The notes under the pieces are model-generated. The model did no database searches, was not told the DNA's origin, and was given only the letters and a program-made list of their open reading frames with translations. Below are positions 16,969 to 25,070 of a DNA stretch of 53,207 bases, piece after piece (position 1 is the first letter of the stretch; every line of letters begins with the position of its first letter). The stretch covers positions 1 to 53,207 of the IMG/VR virus record IMGVR_UViG_3300049174_000048; one strand, given 5' to 3'. This DNA comes from a virus (lineage: Duplodnaviria; Caudoviricetes). A program made the position numbers and the translations under genes.

Positions 16969-17796
16969 TTAGGCGGGCAGCACCACGAGGAAGCCGTGCT
17001 TGAGGTTCCACAGCAGGTCCGCCGTCGGCACGCCAGCCTTTTTGGCGGCACCAACCGTCGGGTTGTCCGACGCCGCGACCCGCATCGTCATGTCGAACCA
17101 GCGCTCGGCATGCGTGCCCGGACGCTTGGGGTTTTCGTCAGCGACGATAACCAGGAAATCCGTGTCGTTGAACGTCGCGCGGTGCCCGCTGGCGGCGCGA
17201 CCCTTGAGCTCCTTGGCGACCGGCGCCGGGGCAACGGGCGCCGCGACCGGCACGACCGTGACGACCTGGGGCTGGTTGGCGGCACGCTTGGCAGCCTTGT
17301 CCGCCTGGAGCTTGGCGAACGCGGCGACCTGGGCGGCGCTGCGCGGGCGCTTGGTGGTGACGAGGACCGGGGCGACGGTGGCGACGACGTTGGTGGTGTT
17401 GGTCTGCATGGTGTTCTCCTGTTCTCGAGTGTGAGTGAACTCTATAGCGGTGTTCTCGGTCGTGCAAGAAGTTTTTTCGTTAACCGGCGAAGTTTCTTCG
17501 ACCAGCCGGTCCTGCACCTTGGCGATGGCGGCGAACAGGTCCGGCATGTCGGCACGCACCGCAGCGACGTCGCCACCGCGCTCCACAATGGTGGTCAGCA
17601 GCGCGTTGACCGTGTCGATGATGTCCTCGGCCTTTTCGCCGTCCCAAATGCTGTTCTGGTAGCCGGCAAGTTCCCAGCACTCAAAGCAGGTCCGGGTGTC
17701 GCTGGGCTGGTGCGTGGTGCGCGTCATGCGCCCGCACGTCTCGCACTTGAAAGCGCCGGTGCCATGCTGGAAGTGGCTGTTGCGACGGTTGGCCAT
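16969..17796 (-). CDS. in-frame fusion of a CxxC...CxxC protein (start 17796) and an NPKR.GT.A-domain protein (internal start 17409)
   Basis: CETC...CFEC; internal promoter and AGAACAGGAG before ATG 17409. Confidence 0.7.
   Translation of the reverse strand: MANRRNSHFQHGTGAFKCETCGRMTRTTHQPSDTRTCFECWELAGYQNSIWDGEKAEDIIDTVNALLTTIVERGGDVAAVRADMPDLFAAIAKVQDRLVEETSPVNEKTSCTTENTAIEFTHTREQENTMQTNTTNVVATVAPVLVTTKRPRSAAQVAAFAKLQADKAAKRAANQPQVVTVVPVAAPVAPAPVAKELKGRAASGHRATFNDTDFLVIVADENPKRPGTHAERWFDMTMRVAASDNPTVGAAKKAGVPTADLLWNLKHGFLVVLPA
17439..17467 (-). promoter_or_regulatory. promoter TTGCAC-17-TAGAGT (inside the fused ORF)
   Basis: repeat-family member. Confidence 0.7.
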
Positions 17797-17822
17797 TGGG
17801 TTTCTCCTGTTCTGATGAGAGA

Positions 17823-17851
17823 AGTCTAGCGGCGCCCGAGGCTGCCTGCAA
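17823..17851 (-). promoter_or_regulatory. promoter TTGCAG-17-TAGACT
   Basis: preceded by GAAAGTTC, followed by TCATCAGAACAGGAG. Confidence 0.75.
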
Positions 17852-17865
17852 GAACTTTCTTTCGT

Positions 17866-18048
17866 TTACCAACCGGCTTCCTTAGCGGAAGCCGCGTCGA
17901 AGGCAGCCTGCGCCGCGGTGTACTCGGCGCGTGCCGCCAGGAACTCCGCGTCGTCGATCTTGCGCGCGAAGTACGCGTCGCGCACCGGGCGGAACTTGTC
18001 GGCGGCAGCCTTGACAGCGGCGAGGGCGGCAGCGTATTCGGGCGACAT
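17866..18048 (-). CDS. small helical hypothetical protein (60 aa)
   Basis: own promoter and RBS cassette. Confidence 0.7.
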   Translation of the reverse strand: MSPEYAAALAAVKAAADKFRPVRDAYFARKIDDAEFLAARAEYTAAQAAFDAASAKEAGW

Positions 18049-18075
18049 TGGGTTGCTCCTGTTCTGATGAAGAGA

Positions 18076-18104
18076 AGTCTACCGGGTGCCACGGCGCCCG
18101 GCAA
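18076..18104 (-). promoter_or_regulatory. promoter TTGCCG-17-TAGACT
   Basis: preceded by GAAAGTTC, followed by TCATCAGAACAGGAG. Confidence 0.75.
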
Positions 18105-18117
18105 GAACTTTCTTCGG

Positions 18118-18363
18118 TTAATCGTTGTACACTTTCAGGGTGCAGCAGCCCAGGTACTGCTCGTACAGGACGAACTCGACGTCGCCATCGGCGTTGTACA
18201 CGATGCGCATGCGGACCAGCGGCTGCTTGTTACCGATGACGGTCTGGATCTCACCGGGCCAGCCCTGGCGCAGCACCGGCAGCACGTCGTATAGGTCGCT
18301 GGCGTCCGTGACGAACTGGTGGGGTGCGCACTCGGTGATGTGGGTGTAGTCGAGGCTGGTCAT
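18118..18363 (-). CDS. small hypothetical protein (81 aa)
   Basis: own promoter and RBS cassette. Confidence 0.7.
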   Translation of the reverse strand: MTSLDYTHITECAPHQFVTDASDLYDVLPVLRQGWPGEIQTVIGNKQPLVRMRIVYNADGDVEFVLYEQYLGCCTLKVYND

Positions 18364-18389
18364 TGGTGTCTCCTGTTCTGATGAAGCCA

Positions 18390-18418
18390 ACCTTATCGCA
18401 GATCAACGAAGTCGGCTA
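18390..18418 (-). promoter_or_regulatory. promoter TAGCCG-17-TAAGGT
   Basis: preceded by GTTAACCATAGAAAGTTC, followed by TCATCAGAACAGGAG. Confidence 0.65.
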
Positions 18419-18441
18419 GAACTTTCTATGGTTAACGATAT

Positions 18442-18639
18442 TCATGGTGTGGCGCCCTGCTTCCACTGACCGCACCAGTCGTCCAGCGCCACCTTGGGCC
18501 ATGCCGTCGTCATCTGCCCACCCCAGCCGAACACCTGCGGCGGCAGGTAGCAGCACAGGTGCGAGTGCGTATCGCCTTCCTTGACGCAATACGCGCAGTT
18601 GCCGCAATTCTGCGTGGAAGCCGTCGCCTTGTTACGCAT
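18442..18639 (-). CDS. small Cys-rich putative metal-binding protein
   Basis: CGNCAYC...CCYLPP...WPKV...WCGQW; TGATG overlap with primase stop. Confidence 0.7.
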   Translation of the reverse strand: MRNKATASTQNCGNCAYCVKEGDTHSHLCCYLPPQVFGWGGQMTTAWPKVALDDWCGQWKQGATP

Positions 18640-20273
18640 CAGAATTCGTGCTCCTGCTGCAAGCGTGGCGGCTCGAACGGCGCCGTCTGCCGCGCCATAC
18701 TCAACACACCCCATATGCGTACGCGCTTGCCTTTCAAGTCACGCATCTCGGACTTGGCGCCGCGCTTCTGCTCGAGGATGTGATAGACTTCACTAGGCTT
18801 GATTTGCGGCAATGACTGCTGCCGCAGGTATTTGAGAAAGTCCGCGGATTGGAAGTACGTATAGCCATCGCCATTGCTGTACGGCTTGCCCAGCAATATT
18901 TCGTCTTCGTTGCGCGCTGCGCTGCGGTCGGAGCAGTATCTGTCCAGGTAGACCAGTATCTGCCCGGCGGGTGTCGCATCTTCGGGCACTTGACGTATAG
19001 TCATGTCGTTGATCCAGGTGCGCACCAGTCCCAGCCACTGCGCCGGCTTTATCGGCTCCGGTATGACGCCAAGCACTTCAGCACAGCGCTTCAAGAATTC
19101 CTTCTGTGTGAACAGCTGTTCAGTCGTGCAGACCACCTTCTTGTCTTCGTCGGTATACAGTTCCCAGATTATAGGGTCGGCTTCGACACGTACGATCTTG
19201 GTGACTGCAATTTCAAAGACGAAGCCTGACGCGCTCGCAGCCACGCCGTACAGCCGTTGCAGGCATACGTCCTTCTGGCAATGCGCAGCTATCGGTACGT
19301 CGCCGCACTTGTAGTTGTACGCCTTCTTCTTCAGCGACTTGACTATCGTGACGACTTCACTGCGCGCCAGCGGCGGCTGTATGTAGCGCTGGTTCAGGTC
19401 GTGCAGCTGGTCGGCCCAGCGTTCGGGGTCCATCTTGCGCGCCAGCACGGCCAAGTTGAACAGCGCATTGTTGCGCGCGCCGGCTTGGTAGCCGGTATCT
19501 GCAAACAGCTGCATGCATGGGGGCGCGTTGGTCCAGTCGACATCCAGCGGCTGCGCCGGGGCTGCGGTGCGAGCAGCGAGCCGCCCAGAGCCCTTGTCGG
19601 GGTCCGCGGCTACCGCACTACCCCCTGACCCCTGCCGGGGCGCCAGCGGGGCTTGGCTGGGGACCGCCAGCAGCTGGGCACGGGACAGCATTGCTGTCGC
19701 AGCTGCCGCCAGGAACTCGTCGGGGGTCAGGGAACCAGACGGGCCGATGCCGTAGCGGACGCTGTAGCGCCCGCCGAAGTACGGCATGTTCAACCAGTTG
19801 CCCTGTTCGGTCGGGGTCAGCCGGTCCTGCTTGGGGAAAATTTCGACGCCGGGCGAGCAGCCGAGCGCCAGCGCCCAGTTGAGCAGGATCGGGCGGACGT
19901 CGGTGGCGGGCACGTCTTCAGAGAAAAAGACCAAGCCGTGCGCGCCGCCCGACTTGCTGCGCGCCAGCACCAGCGGCAGCCGCTTCTCCTGGATCATCTG
20001 GTACAGGTCGGCGTGCACCATGTCGTACACGTCGATGTCGATGGCGGCCCAGCGCACCGTACCGTCGTCGCGCAGCGGCGGCACGCCCAGCGCGTACTTG
20101 CCGGCTAGGTGACGCTCCCACAGGTCGACGGTCGCGCCGGTCTTGCGCGTCCATGCCTGCTTTTTCTCGTGCTTCTCGCCGGGTGCGGGTTTTTCTCCTT
20201 CAACAAAATGGCCGTGGGCGCGTTCCAACCCCTTGAATAGTTCGTGAAACTTTTCTGCCAGACTTGGCATCAC
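18639..20273 (-). CDS. archaeo-eukaryotic primase (prim-pol) with PriCT-like domain
   Basis: AIDID, RSKSGGAH, EIFPKQ, GNWLNMPY; PPC...RNNALFNLA...PPLARSEV. Confidence 0.85.
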   Translation of the reverse strand: MMPSLAEKFHELFKGLERAHGHFVEGEKPAPGEKHEKKQAWTRKTGATVDLWERHLAGKYALGVPPLRDDGTVRWAAIDIDVYDMVHADLYQMIQEKRLPLVLARSKSGGAHGLVFFSEDVPATDVRPILLNWALALGCSPGVEIFPKQDRLTPTEQGNWLNMPYFGGRYSVRYGIGPSGSLTPDEFLAAAATAMLSRAQLLAVPSQAPLAPRQGSGGSAVAADPDKGSGRLAARTAAPAQPLDVDWTNAPPCMQLFADTGYQAGARNNALFNLAVLARKMDPERWADQLHDLNQRYIQPPLARSEVVTIVKSLKKKAYNYKCGDVPIAAHCQKDVCLQRLYGVAASASGFVFEIAVTKIVRVEADPIIWELYTDEDKKVVCTTEQLFTQKEFLKRCAEVLGVIPEPIKPAQWLGLVRTWINDMTIRQVPEDATPAGQILVYLDRYCSDRSAARNEDEILLGKPYSNGDGYTYFQSADFLKYLRQQSLPQIKPSEVYHILEQKRGAKSEMRDLKGKRVRIWGVLSMARQTAPFEPPRLQQEHEF

Positions 20274-20351
20274 CTACCCTTGCTGAATGCGACGCCCGGC
20301 GCAGAGCGCCGGGCACGAAATCAGACAGGTGCTTGTTGGTGGTGTTGCCGA

Positions 20352-21359
20352 CTAGAACGGGATTTCTTCGCCGGTCGCGGTGTCGTAGCGCTTGCCGTCC
20401 TTGACGTACGACCCGTCGCCTGCGGCGTCATCGCCGTCGGGACCATCATCCTTGCCGAAGTCGGCGCTGACCGCGCCGCTGGTCAACAGCTTGTGGAAGC
20501 CCGCGGCGTCGATGAAGCGTGGATCACTGGGCGCCAGCCGCGCCGACATGCTGCTGCCGCCGCGCAGCGCGGTGCGCCAGCCGAAGAACGACCCCTTCTT
20601 GTTGCGCTCCGGCTGCGTGCCGAACTGCCAGACGTGCGCGAAAATGGGGAATGGTACTTCGGGCTTGCCGGGGATGCGCAGCCGGATGCCGTTGATGGTG
20701 GTCATCATGCCGCGATACTTCTTGATCTGCGTGCTGGCGTACGGGATGACGGCACGGATGGGGTCCCAGTCTTCGACCGGGTTGCCTTCGTCGTCCAGCC
20801 TGGGCGACGCGATGCCGTAGAAGTAGTATGTCTCGATGATCTCGTTGCTGGCTTCGTTCTCGGGGTCCAGCTTCAGCTTGCCGAACTCGCCCTGCGCGTC
20901 GCGCAGCTGCGCGATGAACTCGTCGCTGGGGTCGTGGATGCCGACGAAGCCGCCGCCATTGTCGCGCGGCACGTATTCGATGAAGTTGTGGTCCCGGTAG
21001 CAGATGATGAAGTCGAAGCCGTCTCTGCTGAACAGCTGCCCGGTCGCCGTGTTGTAGATCATGCCCGGCTTGGCGTCTGGGATGAACTTGGCGTTGCCCT
21101 CTTCGCACTGCGGCGACAGCGGCTGCAGGATACGCAGGATGGGGATGAGCATCTCCTCCTTGCGCACGTCTTCGACGCCGTGACCAGCATAGTCGGCGTA
21201 CAAGCTGGCGTCCGCCAGCGTGCCACCCTTGCCCGTCTGGGCAAGGGCGGCACCCTGCTGCGCCTGCCTGGGTTCCGGCTGCGGCTCCGGCTGCTCGGGC
21301 TGCGCCTGCTTGGCAGCAGCGGCGCTACGTGCGTCGAGCGTGCGGTGTCTGGTTGCCAT
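20352..21359 (-). CDS. putative single-stranded DNA-binding protein
   Basis: IPILRILQPLSP...AKPGMIYN...NKKGSFFGW; acidic tail ending EEIPF. Confidence 0.65.
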   Translation of the reverse strand: MATRHRTLDARSAAAAKQAQPEQPEPQPEPRQAQQGAALAQTGKGGTLADASLYADYAGHGVEDVRKEEMLIPILRILQPLSPQCEEGNAKFIPDAKPGMIYNTATGQLFSRDGFDFIICYRDHNFIEYVPRDNGGGFVGIHDPSDEFIAQLRDAQGEFGKLKLDPENEASNEIIETYYFYGIASPRLDDEGNPVEDWDPIRAVIPYASTQIKKYRGMMTTINGIRLRIPGKPEVPFPIFAHVWQFGTQPERNKKGSFFGWRTALRGGSSMSARLAPSDPRFIDAAGFHKLLTSGAVSADFGKDDGPDGDDAAGDGSYVKDGKRYDTATGEEIPF

Positions 21360-21420
21360 TGCTTCTATCCTTCTTGGTCAAGGCCAGCTTTGCTATGCAT
21401 CCCGGCTGGCAGCGGGATCT

Positions 21421-21996
21421 CTATTCTGTGTCGTCGCTGCGCTTGCGCGACGCGATGTCGGCCTTCAGCCGGGCAATGGTCTCCTGCGACAGCAGCGTTA
21501 GCGCGTGGCTGCCCAGCCGCGGCCGAACGCTGGCGGCGTCGGGCCAGATTTCCTCCACGTCTTCCATGGTCGACACGCTGTTCACCAGCGCGTAATAGTC
21601 GTTCAGCTTGTCGGTCTTGGCCTTCTTCAGCGCAGCTGTAGCGGCTTCCCACGCCAGCACGGCGTCGGTGACGTCGGGCGACGCCAAGTAGATGGCGCCC
21701 GACGTCGTACGCTCAACCACCAGCGGGCCGGTGTCTTTGGTGAAGTTGAATTGCGTGACGCCACCGGCATGCAGCTGCATCTTGATGCAATCGTCCTGCT
21801 CGGCTGCGCCATACTTGTGTAGCACTTCCATGTCGCGCGGCGGGTACTTCTCCTTCACCATCTTGCGTACCAGCGGCTCTGCCGCGGCGTATGCGGCAGC
21901 CAGCGCGGCTTCTTCCTCCGGGCAACTGACCGTGTCGCTAGCCAGCGCGCGCAGCATGCGCCGGCTGGTGTCGTTCAGGCGAAGCTTGGGCATCAT
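21421..21996 (-). CDS. Nmad5-like (nucleotide modification associated domain 5) protein
   Basis: N-terminal RLNDTSR and C-terminal LVNSVSTMEDVEEIWPDA pattern. Confidence 0.65.
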   Translation of the reverse strand: MMPKLRLNDTSRRMLRALASDTVSCPEEEAALAAAYAAAEPLVRKMVKEKYPPRDMEVLHKYGAAEQDDCIKMQLHAGGVTQFNFTKDTGPLVVERTTSGAIYLASPDVTDAVLAWEAATAALKKAKTDKLNDYYALVNSVSTMEDVEEIWPDAASVRPRLGSHALTLLSQETIARLKADIASRKRSDDTE

Positions 21997-22184
21997 CTCT
22001 CCTGTCGGTCCGTAACTATGTCTACTTCACCGCCCAGCGCATGAATTGCGAAGGCAAGCGCTTCAGCGTTCTGCGCTTCCATGGTGTAGTCCTTGCTGCC
22101 CTGCTGGCTGCGATTGTAGCGGATGGCGTTGCGACGCATTCTATTCAGGTACACGATGGCCGTTTCACGTGTCACCATCTTCAT
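21993..22184 (-). CDS. small hypothetical protein
   Basis: GGAGG SD, ATGA overlaps. Confidence 0.6.
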   Translation of the reverse strand: MKMVTRETAIVYLNRMRRNAIRYNRSQQGSKDYTMEAQNAEALAFAIHALGGEVDIVTDRQER

Positions 22185-22804
22185 TCCTCCGGTGACGTGA
22201 CGATGGTGACGGTGCGCTCGTAGACGCCGAACAGGTCGCGCGGTATGCGCTGGTCGGGGGGCAGCGGGTCGTTCTCGTCGTTCTCGAGCGCGACCATGTC
22301 ACGCACGAACGCGCCCAGCGTGCTGCTGTGCACGGTCTCATCGTCGCTGAACTTGCGGTGCGCATGCCAGCGCTTGAAGTAGCCCAGCACACGCAGCGCG
22401 AACTTTTCGTCGCCCATGCCGAACTCGATGCTGAGTTTGCGCTTGATGATTGCCGCGTGCTTGTGCTTGCGCAGCCAATCGAACGCCTGCAAGCGCAGCG
22501 GCTTCGGGATGCCGCCGTGCACGGTCGTTTCGGTGCCGATGTACCAGCCATCGAATGCGTTGCCCTTGCCGGTGTTCAGCGTCATGTCGCGCAGCTGCGC
22601 GTCGGCAAGCGCTGTCGGCACCAGCTGCTCGTTGTAACGCGTGTACTCCTGCTTCAACTCGGCGAGCAGTTTCTCGCCGCGCTCGATGCGCTGCCCTAGC
22701 TCCAGCATGCGCACGACCAGCTGCGTTACCGCGGTCAGCTTGTCGGGCTTCGCTTCGCTCTCGGCGTATGCGGCGTATGCCGTCAGGTCGGTGCTGTCGT
22801 TCAT
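22181..22804 (-). CDS. conserved phage replication-module protein
   Basis: AFDWLR...IIK...F.MGD...VHSSTLGAFVR...LFGVY pattern seen next to phage SSB genes; AGAACAGGAG SD. Confidence 0.7.
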   Translation of the reverse strand: MNDSTDLTAYAAYAESEAKPDKLTAVTQLVVRMLELGQRIERGEKLLAELKQEYTRYNEQLVPTALADAQLRDMTLNTGKGNAFDGWYIGTETTVHGGIPKPLRLQAFDWLRKHKHAAIIKRKLSIEFGMGDEKFALRVLGYFKRWHAHRKFSDDETVHSSTLGAFVRDMVALENDENDPLPPDQRIPRDLFGVYERTVTIVTSPEE

Positions 22805-23064
22805 GTCTGGTTCTCCTGTTCTGGTGTGGTGTCAAATTCATCGATGACGCCGCGCAGCACGTGCGCCAGACGCTGAGGATTTGCGTGCTGGCGTAGCAGG
22901 TAGAATAACACCAGCGCCGCGAACGCATCCTGCGTCTGACTGTCGGACATGCCTTTGCCGTTCTGCACGTCGGTGATTACCGACCGCAGCGAACTTGCAA
23001 CAGCGAACGCGTACTGTCCGTTGCTGATCGGCGGTATCTGTATGTCGCCAATGTCGTCGGTCAC
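22801..23064 (-). CDS. hypothetical protein
   Basis: GTGA and ATGA overlaps. Confidence 0.55.
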   Translation of the reverse strand: MTDDIGDIQIPPISNGQYAFAVASSLRSVITDVQNGKGMSDSQTQDAFAALVLFYLLRQHANPQRLAHVLRGVIDEFDTTPEQENQT

Positions 23065-23426
23065 CTGACCGGCTCCGGCTGGCGCGCGGCGCCGACGGGT
23101 GGCAGGTCGTAACGCTCGGCCATGTACTGGCGCGACCCGCGATGCCAGATCAACATGTTGATGCCGGTCACACCCATGCGACCCAGCAGCATGCCGGTCA
23201 CTGCCAGGAACTGCGGCGCGCCGACCGGCAGGATGTAGTCGTTCTCGGCATCGAAGTCTTGCAGGTGTCGCTGGATCCATGGCGTGACGTCGTCGCCATC
23301 GACGTACGGTCCGCCGGGTGGGGTCAGGAAGACCAGCTTGCCGAATTGGGTAGCAGGACGCAGGTCCATCTTCGGGTTGCCGCTGAAGTGATCGATTGGC
23401 TGGTTGACGACGAAGACACGGGCCAT
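23061..23426 (-). CDS. conserved hypothetical phage protein
   Basis: VFVVNQ...DLRPATQFG...DFD..DYILPVGAP...W...Y; GGAG SD. Confidence 0.7.
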   Translation of the reverse strand: MARVFVVNQPIDHFSGNPKMDLRPATQFGKLVFLTPPGGPYVDGDDVTPWIQRHLQDFDAENDYILPVGAPQFLAVTGMLLGRMGVTGINMLIWHRGSRQYMAERYDLPPVGAARQPEPVR

Positions 23427-23645
23427 CTACTTGGTCTCCACACGAATGATGTCACGTGCTGCCCAGTACAACTCGCGACCGAACTGCACGCTGCCACCGT
23501 ACGTCTGCGCCGCGGCGACGGTCATTTCCGTGTCGCTGTGCGCGACTTGGTTGAGCAGGTTCAGCACCGTCCAGCGATGGCGCCACAGCTGCCACCAGCG
23601 CACGCGTGCCGGGAATGGTTTCTCGACGAAGTATGGTTCTGTCAC
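23427..23645 (-). CDS. hypothetical protein
   Basis: GTGA overlap; abuts next gene. Confidence 0.45.
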   Translation of the reverse strand: MTEPYFVEKPFPARVRWWQLWRHRWTVLNLLNQVAHSDTEMTVAAAQTYGGSVQFGRELYWAARDIIRVETK

Positions 23646-23860
23646 AGTAGCGTGCCCTGCTCTGGTGTTCTCGCTTGGGGCGATGGTTTGCCAAGAATGC
23701 CGGTACGGCGTCGTTGGCGGACCATTGCTGCCAGCTGCCGCAACGTTACCGCCACGGCGCCGTGCTGTAAAGCCAGTTGGCGCTTGCTGTGTGCGATATC
23801 GTAGTGATCGCCCTGGAACCACTTGCGCGCAACGCCGATCGCGTCAGCGAACAGATAATT
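23642..23860 (-). pseudogene. DUF4031-like fragment lacking its N-terminus
   Basis: FADAIGVARKWFQGDHYDI...KRQLALQHGAV; the SD-preceded ATG near 23880 is in another frame. Confidence 0.5.
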
Positions 23861-23886
23861 AAGAAACCAGCAGACATCATCTCCTC

Positions 23887-24162
23887 CTATCTCTCGCGCG
23901 CGGCGGTGGGTGGCCGTCCATGCTCCACGCCATCGGCAATCACGACATGTAGACCGCACGACTGGCAGGCGATTGATGGCGTGATCGTTGGGCGCGTGAC
24001 GTTGCCGTCCCAGCCCCAGATGAGCCCAGCTTGATCGGTCGAACTGCCAGCGGTCGAGACGCGGAACCGGCAGATGCGCGGCTCCTCCTTGGGCTTACGG
24101 ATGCAAGCGACCTCGACGAATGCTTGTCCGGGCTTGTCGCGCGGAACGATGCGCGGCGTCAT
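23887..24162 (-). CDS. DUF6527-like protein
   Basis: WGWDGNVTRPTITPSI.C..C..H...DG. Confidence 0.65.
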   Translation of the reverse strand: MTPRIVPRDKPGQAFVEVACIRKPKEEPRICRFRVSTAGSSTDQAGLIWGWDGNVTRPTITPSIACQSCGLHVVIADGVEHGRPPTAARER

Positions 24163-24288
24163 TCCGGGACGCTCCCCGTCCCCGCGACGGTGGTGGTGGC
24201 GTCGGTCATTTGAACAGCCAGTGCAGCAGTTCATTCAGCGTCATGCCGACCAGCGTGCCGACGACAATGCCGAACCACATCGCTTGCT

Positions 24289-24513
24289 TCACCTGCGCAG
24301 CGGCGGCAGCGACGGCGCCACGTTCACTGCCGTCTGTACCAGCGGCGCCGGGCTGCCGCCGTACGACGCCAGGGCGACGCGCAATTCGACCAGCAGCGCA
24401 CGCTGCCGGTCGACCCATGCCTGCACGGCAGCGTCGTCCATGCTGCCGTGCAGGGCGACGTCGTCGTGGTCGACCAGCGCGCGGCAGACTTCCAGCAGAT
24501 GACGCGCCGTCAT
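24289..24513 (-). CDS. hypothetical protein
   Basis: GGGAG SD, ATGA overlap. Confidence 0.45.
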   Translation of the reverse strand: MTARHLLEVCRALVDHDDVALHGSMDDAAVQAWVDRQRALLVELRVALASYGGSPAPLVQTAVNVAPSLPPLRR

Positions 24514-24932
24514 GGCTTTTCTCCCGTACGCAGCTGCTCGATAATCCAGGCACGCATGCGTGTAAAACGCTGCTCGCATGTTTCGTGGCGCGGTCCGCAC
24601 TCGTCGTTCATGTAGACAATTTCGGCAGCCAGCGCCGGGGCGATGTTGAACGCAGCAGCGATACACGTGCGATCTTCCGGGTCCAGCTGCGTCATGTCGA
24701 CCTTGCGTGCCCGTCCGACTGCACCGATGGCGCAAACGTCGCCGCGGCTTTCGAGTTCACGGGCGATCAAGCGCGACTGTTGCGCCAACGTCATGGCGTC
24801 AAACGCAGTCAGCATTTCACGCAAGAACGCTTGTCCGCGTCGCCCCTTGATGGCACTGCTGACGGCACCGCGCCAACGTATCAAATCCCAATTCTCATAA
24901 TCGTCGTCATCGATATAGCCGGAACGGCTCAC
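24510..24932 (-). CDS. conserved hypothetical phage protein
   Basis: SRSGY.DD...RWRGAVSSAIKGRRGQAFLRE...VCAIG...EIVYMNDE...RF.RMRAW. Confidence 0.75.
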   Translation of the reverse strand: MSRSGYIDDDDYENWDLIRWRGAVSSAIKGRRGQAFLREMLTAFDAMTLAQQSRLIARELESRGDVCAIGAVGRARKVDMTQLDPEDRTCIAAAFNIAPALAAEIVYMNDECGPRHETCEQRFTRMRAWIIEQLRTGEKP

Positions 24933-25070
24933 GACAGCTTGCTCACGTGCTGGGCGTAGTGCATATGCACCGCGACCAGCCGGTGCTGCACGGTCAGGGT
25001 GGTGCGGCGCTCGCCGTAGATGAACCAGCGCCAGAATGCGGTCAGCATGTTCATAACTCCAATCCACGCA

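Noticed and set aside
16484-18440. Repeat array as a CRISPR array or integron attC array
   Set aside because: Repeats are degenerate promoter/RBS units separated by whole genes; no cas genes, integrase or attC structure
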